Assembly: GCF_004010195.1 (NCBI RefSeq)
Contig: NC_057750.1
Coordinates: 1,857,824-1,895,382 of the forward strand
Direction: 5' to 3'
Source: Chiloscyllium plagiosum
Lineage: Eukaryota
DNA length: 37,559 nucleotides
Shown: positions 13,345 to 22,815 of the stretch, piece by piece
Layout of the letters: each line of letters opens with the position of its first letter
How positions within the stretch are numbered: position 1 is the first letter of the stretch
Notes under the pieces: model-generated
Told to the model about the DNA's origin: nothing
The model's database searches: none
What the model saw: only the letters and a program-made list of their open reading frames with translations
Program-made: the position numbers and the translations under genes

Positions 13345-13575
13345 AATGCATAATGGCCAATGAAGTCTTTTTGAAGTGTAGTCATTATTCTACATGTGGG
13401 ATGAGTGTGGCTGATTTGCACAAAACAATATCCCATAAAGTAGCAGTGAAATAAAAGTGTGGATATGAAGATTTGTTGCAAGATCTTGAGCACTCTTAGA
13501 GGGAGACGGAGCCTCGGTTTGAAGTCATAGCCAAAAGAGAGTTTCTTCAACAATGCTGCACCTCCTCTGTACTAA
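13345..13575 (-). mobile_element. Old Deu-domain-like SINE remnant
   Basis: GAGCCTCGGTTTGAAGTCATAGCCAAAAGAGAG..CAACAATGCTGCACCTCCTCTGTACT resembles the DeuSINE central domain as I recall it. A degenerate opposite-strand relative lies at 13830-14125. Confidence 0.45.
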
Positions 13576-13829
13576 TAAGGAAAAGTATCTACAGTAAGTT
13601 ATGGGAAAGAAAGCAGATTGGATTGCGACTTTTTGAATATTTGCAGTTACACGTGTTACATTTTGTTATTATAATGGTTCTGTATTTCTTTGGTAATATC
13701 AGGCTATCAGGTGGACTAATATATTAAGTTGGGGGGTTTCTGTTAAACTTCACTGTGAAGGTACTGGCAGCTGGCATTGAGACCTGGATGAAATGTTGGC
13801 TGCTTGTTATACTTTTGGAGGACATTGTG

Positions 13830-14125
13830 GTCAAAATGTTAGCTGGACAATGTAGTTAACACTGAGAGTCCGAAGGCTGTGTTTCATTGTGCCCCAAAGG
13901 TTTCAAAGCTAGTGCAGTACTGATGGCGTGCAGTGTTGTCAGAGGTGCTTTTTTCAGCTGAGTAATTAAACTGACACCTGTCAACTGTCATGTAGACAGA
14001 GGACAAGATTAATCCCTCAAACACTGATTACTTCTGATCATTTCACACGTCAGTGCTTATTACAACATTACAACAATCACTGCATTTATGATTGTGAATG
14101 TTGCTGTAGAAATACAAGTTTCTAA
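13830..14125 (+). mobile_element. Old Deu-domain-like SINE remnant
   Basis: GTGCAGTACTGATGGCGTGCAGTGTTGTCAGAGGTGC..CTGAG..TTAAACTGA is a degenerate reverse complement of ~13510-13575. It ends with GCTGTAGAAATACAAGTTT. Confidence 0.45.
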
Positions 14126-14144
14126 GTTTTCAAAGTCATGAGGC

Positions 14145-14330
14145 GGTCCTAAAGGACGTTAGTGAACCACATAAGGTTTTAACAGCAATTCACAGTCCAG
14201 CATCTTAATTCCAGATTTTTGATTCAACTTTAACCATCTCTATGGTCAAATTTGAGTCCATGTTCTGAGATCATTAGACTGGGGTTCTGGCTGACTTGTC
14301 CAGTAAGATTGACAATGAGTCACAATCTTC
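14145..14330 (-). mobile_element. SINE fragment, same family as 12455-12783
   Basis: CCTAAAGGACGTTAGTGAACCA..TTAATTCCAGATTTT..GTCCAGTAA aligns by eye with 12607-12775. Confidence 0.6.
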
Positions 14331-15034
14331 CCCAAAAAAATGTCATTCTGTCTGTAAGAATATGAAGTAAATGTATCTTTTTACAATCTGGGCTCATAGC
14401 TTATGTATCTCATGCCTTCTGACTTATAGCATATCTTCCTGAAATAGTTGAGTAGCTGGATATTGTAAACCTGGCTTAAAGGCAATGTCCAATTGTGTTT
14501 GTAGAGTTTTTATTCTTTAGAGAATAAAGCACTGGGAGGTGGAGAGGGCTTCGGTAAGAAGAATTCTCCTGATACACTGTTGTGAAATCTTGATGCTTAA
14601 ATAGAGTGGGACATGCAGTCCATCAGGAACATGTGTCATTAACATAGTGCCACCTCTCTGTCACTCGGGCTCCACCATCAAAGGACTTTTGTTCCAGCAT
14701 CTCCATCTCCAGGCTACCGTACATCTCGATTTGATTTCATATCACATCTTTAACTAAGTAGAACACTCCAGACTGACTGAACTTTGAGAGCAATCTGCTT
14801 TGAGCTATCAGATGTGTCAAAGAGCTTGGTTAAGGTTGTAGATGAAGAAAGATTTCAGGGGGGAAATACCAAAGCTTAGGGCCCAGGCTCCTGAAAACTA
14901 CATTGCCAATGGACAGACAAGTAAAATTGGTGATGAACAGCAAACCAGAATTGGACGAGTGCAGAGATCTTAAGGGAGTGGAGGGCTGGCCAGAGTAAGG
15001 GGGAGGAAGTGACTATATTGAAAACCTTAAATAT

Positions 15035-15572
15035 TCAGAAAAGATTTATCAGGATGTTGCCAGGAGTGGAGGGTTTGAGATCTAAAAATAGACTGGGCCT
15101 TTTTTTACTGGAGCATGGGAGGTTAAGGGGTGACCTTGTAGAGGTTTATAAAATCATGAGGGGCTTGGATAAGGTGAATGACAACAGTCTTTTCCCTACA
15201 CTGGGTGAGTTCAAGACTAGGGCGCATATTTTAAAGTGAGAAGAGAAAGATTTAAAAATAACATGAGGGACAACCTTTTTACACAATGTGGAATGAGCTG
15301 CCAGAGGAAGTGGTGGATGCAGGTATAGTTACAACACTTAAAAGATATTTAGATAAATTCATGAATAGGTAAGGTTTGGAAGGGATACAGGCTAAACGCA
15401 GGCACGTGGGGCTAGTTTCATTTCAGAACATGGTCGTTATGGGTTAGTTGGATGAAGGGCTTTTGCCCAAAATGTAGATATTCCTGCTCCTCGGATTCTG
15501 CCTGACCTGCTGTGCTTTTCCAGCACCACTCTAATCTAGTTTGATGGAAGGGTCTGTTTCCATGCTGTATGA
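15035..15572 (+). mobile_element. CR1 LINE 3' fragment, interrupted near its end by a Penelope-like terminus (~15450-15540)
   Basis: ORF2 C-terminal peptide IQKRFIRMLPGVEGL..RLGLFLLEHGRLRGDLVEVYKIMRG, then a CR1 3' UTR ending GGGTCTGTTTCCATGCTGTATG. The insert GATGAAGGGCTTTTGCCC..GACCTGCTGTGCTTTTCCAGCA matches 26757-26835. Confidence 0.85.
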
Positions 15573-15887
15573 TGGATAAGGAGTCAATATAAATGAGTAA
15601 GCATAGGACTGAGTGCAAGTCAGGATGTGGCTGAGTATGTTTTATGTGTGGTGCTATAGACAGGCCAGCCAGGAGAGCATCGAAATAGTCAAGTTTAGAT
15701 GGAACTGACAGTAGGAATGAAATTTGGTAAAGCTGGAATGGAGTTGGACAATGTCAGGAAGGTGAAAGTTGACAGCCTTAATGAAGTTGATATGGAATTG
15801 GAAGCTTCTCACGCTGTCCGTTATAACACTGAGATTCAAACAAAAAAAAATTTGATCCTGCCTCTGAGTGGGAGAGGCTCAATCAAA

Positions 15888-16195
15888 TAAAAACAAATTT
15901 CGAATGAAACGTAGCAGGTCTGGCTGCATCTGTGGCGATAGAAACAGAGTTAATATTTCAAGTCTGATTACCCTTCAGAACTAGAAGCATCTCGGAAAAG
16001 GTGGTATTTATGCTGACGATGGGGGTTAAAGGAGTGAGCAGGTAGGTGGAGGTGGAGCACAGTGTGCGAAAGATAACAAAGGGCTTGATGATCATAAATC
16101 AGGGAAGCCTCCATCGGCATAAATGCCACCTTTTCCGAGCTGCTGTAGTTCTGACAAAGGGTCACCAGATTTGAAACATTAACTCTTTTGCTCAT
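15888..16195. mobile_element. Degenerate Penelope-like element with inverted termini
   Basis: AGAGTTAATATTTCAAGTCTGATTACCCTTCAGAACTA (~15946-15983) is an imperfect inverted repeat of TAGTTCTGACAAAGGGTCACCAGATTTGAAACATTAACTCT (~16147-16186). Confidence 0.55.
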
Positions 16196-16694
16196 CCCAT
16201 GTTGCCCTTGAGAAGGTGATGGTGAGCTGCATTCTTGAACTGCTGTGGTCCATGTAGACCTTTAGGGAGAGATTCCAGGATTCTGATCCAGTGACCCACT
16301 CAAGGAATGATTATATATTTGCAAGTCAGGATGCTAATCACACATATACTGCTTCCAACTCGGATGGTGCCCTTGGTTTCTTGCTGTTATCTCACTGCCA
16401 GTCCCTATGGTGTCTGCAGCTTTGAAATCAACTCAAGCTCGAATTAGAACAGGTAGTGGATACTCGTCATCAGTCAGCCATCTGATGAGCTTCAGACTGG
16501 AAGGAAGGTGCCTTGACAAAGCTGCACAAAACAGTTTATGATGTATGTCTTCTTTGTCATTGTTATAAAGGTAGAGCACAAGATGTGAGAGACCAGTACC
16601 CTAGGGAGATTCATATTCATAGAGATGTACAGCACAGAAACTGCACCTTTAGTTCTATTCATCCACGCTGATCAGCTACCTCGAATTAGAGTTC

Positions 16695-16966
16695 CTACAA
16701 GGTGAGAGGGGAAAGATATAAAAGAGACCTGTGGGGCAACTTTTTCACGGAGGCTGGTATGGATATGGAATGAGCTGCCAGAGGATATGGTGTAGGCTGG
16801 TACAATTGCAACAGTTGAGGCATTTGGATGGGTTTATGAATAGGAAGGGTTTGGAGGGATATGGGCTGGGTGCTGGTAGGTGGGACTAGATTGGGTTGGG
16901 ATATCTGGTTGGCATTGACTGGTTGGACAGAAGGGTCTGTTTCCATGCTGTACATTTCTGACTCTA
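16695..16966 (+). mobile_element. CR1 LINE 3' fragment
   Basis: GGTGAGAGGGGAAAGATATAAAAGAGACCT..GAAGGGTCTGTTTCCATGCTGTACATTTCTGACTCTA matches 28490-28757. Confidence 0.85.
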
Positions 16967-17279
16967 CAGTGTGGAAACAGGCCCTTTGGCCCAACAAGTT
17001 CACACAGAGAATCCCACACAGACTCGTTACCCTATATTTCCCCTGACTAATGTACCTAACCTATACATCCCTGAACACTGTGGACAATTTAGCATAGCCA
17101 ATCCACCCTATCCTGAAAATCTTTGGACTATGGGAAGAAACTGGAGCACCTGGAGGAAACCCATGCTGACTCAGGGAAAATGTGCAAACTTCACACACAG
17201 TCACCCAAGGTTGCAATTGAACCAGAGTCCCAGGTGCAGTGAGGCAGCAGTGCTGACCACTGCGTCACCGTGCTGCCCA
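16963..17279 (-). mobile_element. HE1-like tRNA-derived SINE
   Basis: Minus-strand head GGCAGCACGGTGACGCAGTGGTCAGCACTGCTGCCTCAC with A/B boxes and a CR1-like tail GGCCTGTTTCCACACTGTAG. Three more copies are in the window. Confidence 0.85.
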
Positions 17280-17914
17280 CCTATCCTAAATTAATCTAGT
17301 CCCATCTGCCAGTATTTGGCCCATATTCCCCATAATCCTTATTCCTATATCCAACCAGATGCCTTTTAAATGCTGTAATTGTACTAGCCTCCACTACTTT
17401 CTCTGGCAGCTTATTCCATACATGTACCATCTTCTGTGTGAAAAAGTTGCCCCTTAGGTCTCTTTTATATCTTTTCCCCTCTCACCCTAAACCTATGCCC
17501 TCTAGTTCTGGACCCCACCCCAAGGAAAAGACTTTGTCTATTTATCCTATCCATGCCCCTCATAATTTTGTAAACGTCTATAAGGTCACCCCTCAACCTC
17601 CGACGCTCCAGGGAAAATAGCCCCAGCTTATTTAAACTCTCCATATAGCTCAAATCTTCCAACCCTGGCAAGATCCTTGTAAAATCTTTTCTGAACACTT
17701 TCAATGTTCACAATATCCTTCTGAAAGGAAGGAGACCAGAACTGAACATAGTATTCCAAAAGAGGCATAACCAATGTCCTGTACAACCACAAAATGACTT
17801 TCCAACTCCTGTACTCAATGCACTGACCAATGTGTGAGAGACCAACCAGTATACAGCAAGTCTGAGCTTGTACCTCGGGGAGAGCGTGTGTGGAGCTCCT
17901 ATCCCAACAAGACA

Positions 17915-18045
17915 CTGTTATGATTTGGAGGTGCTGGTGTTGGACTGGGGTGTACAAAGTTAAAAATCTCACAACACCAGGTTATAATCCAACAGGTTTA
18001 TTTGGAAGCACTAGCTTTCTGAAATCTAGTGTGCTTCCAATTAAA
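17915..18045 (-). mobile_element. Penelope-like terminal fragment (family C)
   Basis: GGACTGGGGTGTACAAAGTT..CAACACCAGGTTATAATCCAACAGGTTTATTTGGAA is homologous to 24090-24220. The family assignment rests on the degenerate hammerhead-like motif in that copy. Confidence 0.5.
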
Positions 18046-18274
18046 CAATAATGGGGAATGAGGAAATTGTGGAAATATAGAACAGCATTTTGCATCTGTG
18101 GCAGAATTAGGAATCTTCCAAAATATATTTGACAATCAAGGTAGAGAAGGAAGGGAGGGAGGAACTTAAAGCAATCACCTACACCAAGGAAAAGATATTG
18201 CAAAGGGCTGTTAAACCCAGTGGCTGAAGAGTCCCTAGGACGTGCATCCCAGAATCTACAGAGACGCTAGAGGC

Positions 18275-19125
18275 CTGATTGACCTGCAGTTCAGGGTGTG
18301 ATCGCTGAGGGCGCTGCCGGCGGCGGCTGTGCTGGCCTGCAGTGCACAGTGTGAACGCTGGGGGAGCTGAAGGCGCTGCCCGCGGTGGCTGTGCTGGCCT
18401 GCAGTGCACAGTGTGAACCCTGAGGCCGTTGCTGCCGGTCGCGATGTTGACCTGCAGTTCACGATGTGAACGCTGGGAGAGCTGAGGGCGCTGCAGGCGG
18501 CGGATCTGTTGGCCTGTAGTTCACCAAGTGATCGCTGAGGGCGCTGGTGGCCGCGGCTGTGTTGTCCTGCAGTTCTCGGTGTGAGCACGGGTGTAGCCGA
18601 GGGCGCTGCCGGTGGCGGCGGTTGTCTTGCAATTCACAATGTGAGCACTGGAGGAACTGAGGGCGCTGCCGGTGGCGACTATTGTGTGTTGCTGTTCACA
18701 ATGTGAGCACTGGAGGAACTGAGGGCGCTGCCGGTGGCGACTGTTGTGTGTTGCTGTTCACAATGTGAGCACTAGAGGAACTGAGGGCGCTGCCGGTGGC
18801 GATTGTTGTGTGTTGCTGTTCACAATGTGAGCACTGGAGGAACTGAGGGCGCTGCCGTTGGCGACTGTTGTGTGTTGCTGTTCACAATGTGAGCGCTGGG
18901 GGCGGCTGTTGTGTGTTGCTGTTCACAATGTGAGCGCTGGGGGCGGCTGTCGTGTGTTGCTGTTCACAATGTGAGCGCTGGAGGAACTGAGGGCGCTGCC
19001 GGTGGCGACTGTTGTGAGTTGCTGTTCACAATGTGTGCGCTGGGGGAACTGAGGGCGCTGCCGCTGGCGACTGTTGTGTGTTGCTGTTCACAATGTGAGC
19101 GCTGGGGGAGCTGAGGGCGCTGCTG
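18275..19125. repeat. GC/CpG-rich minisatellite, 62-bp unit
   Basis: Unit CACAATGTGAGCACTGGAGGAACTGAGGGCGCTGCCGGTGGCGACTGTTGTGTGTTGCTGTT. Unit starts at 18635, 18697, 18759, 18821, 18883, then two 41-bp intervals (18924, 18965), then 19027 and 19089. More diverged units lie at 18275-18634. Confidence 0.95.
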
Positions 19126-19277
19126 CGGGCGGCGGGGCCGCTCCCGGGAGTGAGTTGGAGGCCGCGGGCGGCGGCAGGAGCCGGGGATCGGGGCGTTTGA
19201 GTGACTGCGGTCTATCGACAGCAACCCGGCGTAAAGACCGGCTGGAGACCGGGGGGAGTGCAGACAGCTCGGTAATA
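19110..19277 (+). promoter_or_regulatory. CpG-island promoter and probable non-coding exon 1 of the SOCS gene
   Basis: The only non-coding, non-repeat CpG-dense segment in the window, with GC-box-like GGGCGGCGGGGC. It ends at a plausible donor CG|GTAATA (19271/19272), about 2 kb upstream of a strong acceptor at 21289/21290. Confidence 0.6.
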
Positions 19278-19560
19278 CCCGGATAATCAAACCATTTCCC
19301 TAATAATAAGCTAATCTCCATAATTATTGCCCTATTTTTTCCCAATAACTACCCCATTCCCTGATAATTAACCCCTTTTCCCGATAATCTCTCTCTTCCC
19401 CAAGTAGTTACCCCCTTTTTCAGGTAGTTACCCTGTTCCCCTGATAATACCCCCCTTTCCCCTGATCCGACTCCTTTATTACCCTGGGATTTACTGGTCT
19501 GTTATAACCTGGTATTTAATGGATATTGAGTTGCGATGTTCTGGGTATTAACCCAGATTT
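19275..19560. repeat. Decayed ~20-22-bp tandem repeat (CCCTGATAATTACCCCTTTT-like)
   Basis: Recurrent (G/A)ATAAT or GTAGTTA motifs alternate with C/T runs at ~21-bp spacing. Confidence 0.55.
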
Positions 19561-19571
19561 ACCGGGGGGGG

Positions 19572-20411
19572 NNNNNNNNNNNNNNNNNNNNNNNNNNNNN
19601 NNNNNNNNNNNNNNNNNNNNNNNNNNNNNNNNNNNNNNNNNNNNNNNNNNNNNNNNNNNNNNNNNNNNNNNNNNNNNNNNNNNNNNNNNNNNNNNNNNNN
19701 NNNNNNNNNNNNNNNNNNNNNNNNNNNNNNNNNNNNNNNNNNNNNNNNNNNNNNNNNNNNNNNNNNNNNNNNNNNNNNNNNNNNNNNNNNNNNNNNNNNN
19801 NNNNNNNNNNNNNNNNNNNNNNNNNNNNNNNNNNNNNNNNNNNNNNNNNNNNNNNNNNNNNNNNNNNNNNNNNNNNNNNNNNNNNNNNNNNNNNNNNNNN
19901 NNNNNNNNNNNNNNNNNNNNNNNNNNNNNNNNNNNNNNNNNNNNNNNNNNNNNNNNNNNNNNNNNNNNNNNNNNNNNNNNNNNNNNNNNNNNNNNNNNNN
20001 NNNNNNNNNNNNNNNNNNNNNNNNNNNNNNNNNNNNNNNNNNNNNNNNNNNNNNNNNNNNNNNNNNNNNNNNNNNNNNNNNNNNNNNNNNNNNNNNNNNN
20101 NNNNNNNNNNNNNNNNNNNNNNNNNNNNNNNNNNNNNNNNNNNNNNNNNNNNNNNNNNNNNNNNNNNNNNNNNNNNNNNNNNNNNNNNNNNNNNNNNNNN
20201 NNNNNNNNNNNNNNNNNNNNNNNNNNNNNNNNNNNNNNNNNNNNNNNNNNNNNNNNNNNNNNNNNNNNNNNNNNNNNNNNNNNNNNNNNNNNNNNNNNNN
20301 NNNNNNNNNNNNNNNNNNNNNNNNNNNNNNNNNNNNNNNNNNNNNNNNNNNNNNNNNNNNNNNNNNNNNNNNNNNNNNNNNNNNNNNNNNNNNNNNNNNN
20401 NNNNNNNNNNN
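19572..20411. other. Assembly gap (840 N)
   Basis: Run of N. Confidence 1.
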
Positions 20412-20640
20412 GAAGGTAGCGAAGAGTACAATAGGTGAATGGGGGTGGGGATGGAGGTGATAGGTCAGAGAGGAGGGTGGAGCAGGTAGGTGGGAAGGAA
20501 GATTGGCAGGAAGGACAGGTCATGAGGACGGTGCTGAGCTGGACAGGACATGGTTGAAGAGCTTCAGGGAAGAGGAGATTGAGATTGTTGTAGAGAGAGA
20601 AGGTGAACTTCTTCAAGGTAAGCATCCTTGCAAGAGGATT
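20412..20640 (-). mobile_element. Penelope-like fragment related to family B
   Basis: The reverse complement (CTCAGCACCGTCCTCATGACCTG..CCTATCACC) is homologous to 26595-26670. Confidence 0.7.
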
Positions 20641-20882
20641 TGCACATTCTCCCCGTGTCTCACATTCGTCCAGGTGCTCCGGTTTCCTCCCACAGTCGAA
20701 ACATATGCAGGTTAGGGTGGATTGGCCATGCTAAATTACCCCATAGTGTTCAGGGGTGTGTAGGTTAGGTCAGGGTAAATATGTGGTAGGGCAATGGATC
20801 TGGCTGGGTTACTCTTTGGAGGGCCAGTGTGGACATGTTGGGCCAAAGGGCCTGTTTCCACACACACTGTACGGATTCTAAT
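20641..20882 (+). mobile_element. HE1-like SINE, 5' truncated
   Basis: TGCACATTCTCCCCGTGTCT..GATTGGCCATGCTAAATT..GGGCCTGTTTCCACAC matches the other three copies. Confidence 0.85.
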
Positions 20883-21269
20883 AAAGGTATTTGGTGGTAT
20901 TCATGTCCAGGTGGAAGTGGGAAGTGTTCCTATGTCCAGTCTGGTTAAATCTGAAACTTGACCAGAGTCACTGCCAGTTCCTTGGGGCTGAAGCCGGATA
21001 GCATAGTCCCAGGTTTGCACCTATATATATATGTGTGTGTGTGTCCGTTATAACTCACTCATTGACCTGGAGCTCCAGTACCGAGATAACCAATCCCCTG
21101 ACCCCAATTTTCCCCCAAAATCTCTTGTTCCTTGTGACCTGAAAGGTACAAGGGGTGAAGTTATCAGGCAAGCGACTGCCTGTGTGACCTGTCCTCTTGT
21201 ATCCAATATGTCCTCTGACCATGTTACACCAACTTCAGCATGGGATCTGTTGTGACCACTCATTTGTGT

Positions 21270-21290
21270 CCTTTCATTTTTTTTTGCAGT
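21270..21290 (+). promoter_or_regulatory. Splice acceptor of the SOCS coding exon
   Basis: Polypyrimidine tract CCTTTCATTTTTTTTTGCAG|T. The exon would start at 21290, 218 nt before the ATG. Confidence 0.7.
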
Positions 21291-21365
21291 GAACTTCCCT
21301 ATGGGAATTTTAGGGAGGTTTCTAAATCAGATTTGAAGAGAATTCTGAACGCAGTTCAAGACAAG

Positions 21366-21458
21366 ATGGCTGCTCGCATCTTTCACCACATGTACAAGTC
21401 TTGTCCAACATTAGTGGATTCAATCTGCCATCAGCGTTTCCACAATGGTTTTTCTTAA
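21366..21458 (+). other. Candidate upstream ORF (30 aa) in the SOCS 5' leader
   Basis: AAGATGG context (A at -3, G at +4); MAARIFHHMYKSCPTLVDSICHQRFHNGFS*; ends 49 nt before the main ATG. Translation is not shown. Confidence 0.45.
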
Positions 21459-21507
21459 AGCTCAGACTCACAGCCTAGGCTGAATCGCAGGCTAACTTCC
21501 AGAAACC

Positions 21508-22815
21508 ATGTCAGAGTCGCAAGAGAATGACAAGCCGGAGAAAGATAAGCGGGCTGTGAGGCCAAAGGTCAGACGAGGCGATCCAGACGATCAGAGGGGA
21601 AGCCGGAGCAAAAAGAAGAACAGAAATTCCCACAAGTCTGATCCTTCCGCTCGCGCCTCGGACTGTGGACCGCAGGAGGAGGATGTCAGGAGTCATTCGG
21701 GCAGGAAACCAGAGAGACAGAGTCCGGATCGGACCCGAGAGGATTCCCTTGACTTGGGAGCGTGCAAACTGCACAGCAGATCCTTGAGGCAGCGGATTCA
21801 GGATGTGGTGGGTCAGTGCTTCCCCATTAAATCCCACAGCCTCCATTCTGCCATCTTATCCTCCTCCAAAAGGAAGATTCACATCAGTGAACTGATGCTC
21901 GATAAATGCCCCTTCCCCGCTGGCACGGATTTGGCACAGAAATGGTACCTAATCAAACAGCACACCGCCCCTGTCTCTCAGAGCTTGCCAATGCTGGACA
22001 CTGCATCCTCTGGCGGGACACCTGTGGAGGATGAAGATGACCGTCTGCGGGAGAGAAGGCGGATTAGCATCGAGCAGGGAGTTGAGCCTCCTCCCCATGC
22101 ACAGATTCACACCTTTGAGGTAACAGCACAGATCAACCCGTTGTACAAACTAGGACCCAAACTGGCGCCAGGAATGAATGAGCTAGCTGGGGACGACCGA
22201 GCCACCCTCCAGGTACAAGAGAGTGCGTCAGTTGAAGAGTTGCCCCCTCCCCAACTGCCCCCAGAGCAGGTGGAGATCAAAGATGGTTATCGCGCCCACA
22301 CTCAGATTGACTACATCCACTGCCTGGTTCCTGACCTCTTAGAGTTGACTACGTTCCCCTGCTACTGGGGAGTGATGGACCGATACCAAGCTGAGGCTCT
22401 ACTGGAGGGTAAACCAGAGGGAGCCTTCCTGCTGCGTGATTCTGCCCAGGAGGATTACCTCTTCTCTGTCAGCTTCCGCCGATATAGCCGCTCCCTGCAC
22501 GCACGCATCGAGCAGTGGAATCACAACTTTAGCTTCGATGTCCACGACCCCAGTGTTTTCCACGCTCCCACTGTCACTGGCCTCCTTGAGCACTACAAGG
22601 ATCCAAACTCTTGCATGTTCTTCGAACCTCTGCTCTCCAACCCCATCAACAGGACTTTCCCATTTAGTCTCCAGCACATCTGCAGGGCAGCCATTTCCAG
22701 CTGCTCCACTTATGACGGGATCGACCTGCTCCCGATTCCCAACACCCTGAAGGAGTACCTGAAGGAATATCATTACAAGCAGAAGGTGCGAGTAAGGAGG
22801 CTCGACACCAGGTGA
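21508..22815 (+). CDS. socs9: Suppressor of cytokine signalling, SOCS4/5 subfamily (435 aa), most likely SOCS9/SOCS5b
   Basis: Intact ORF with an ACCATG start. It has the SOCS4/5 N-terminal conserved region ([45 protein letters not shown]), an SH2 domain ([17 protein letters not shown]) and a SOCS box ([20 protein letters not shown]). The subfamily is secure. The socs9 label is inferred from residues that differ from SOCS4/SOCS5 as I recall them, and from linkage to mrps12. Confidence 0.92.
   Translation: MSESQENDKPEKDKRAVRPKVRRGDPDDQRGSRSKKKNRNSHKSDPSARASDCGPQEEDVRSHSGRKPERQSPDRTREDSLDLGACKLHSRSLRQRIQDVVGQCFPIKSHSLHSAILSSSKRKIHISELMLDKCPFPAGTDLAQKWYLIKQHTAPVSQSLPMLDTASSGGTPVEDEDDRLRERRRISIEQGVEPPPHAQIHTFEVTAQINPLYKLGPKLAPGMNELAGDDRATLQVQESASVEELPPPQLPPEQVEIKDGYRAHTQIDYIHCLVPDLLELTTFPCYWGVMDRYQAEALLEGKPEGAFLLRDSAQEDYLFSVSFRRYSRSLHARIEQWNHNFSFDVHDPSVFHAPTVTGLLEHYKDPNSCMFFEPLLSNPINRTFPFSLQHICRAAISSCSTYDGIDLLPIPNTLKEYLKEYHYKQKVRVRRLDTR

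Larger units (their letters stand above)
16618..17830 (-). mobile_element. CR1 LINE 3' fragment split by a nested insertion at 16689-17280
   Basis: 17281-17830 encodes LYRTLVMPLLEYYVQFWSP and LGLFSLERRRLRGDLIDVYKIMRG on the minus strand. Its extreme 3' end appears to be 16618-16688 (CATAGAGATGTACAGCACAGAAAC..). Confidence 0.8.

Noticed and set aside
14790..15835. Very old L2/CR1-like remnants flanking the CR1 fragment (also ~6150-6520, ~6820-7100, ~18085-18270)
   Set aside because: Probably TE-derived, but too degraded to assign a family or boundaries by eye.
18179..19345. Ala/Pro/Cys-rich ORFs on both strands
   Set aside because: By-products of a GC-rich tandem repeat and CpG island; no recognisable domain.
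19516..20625. Long ORFs of 290-369 aa
   Set aside because: Artefacts of translating the N gap.
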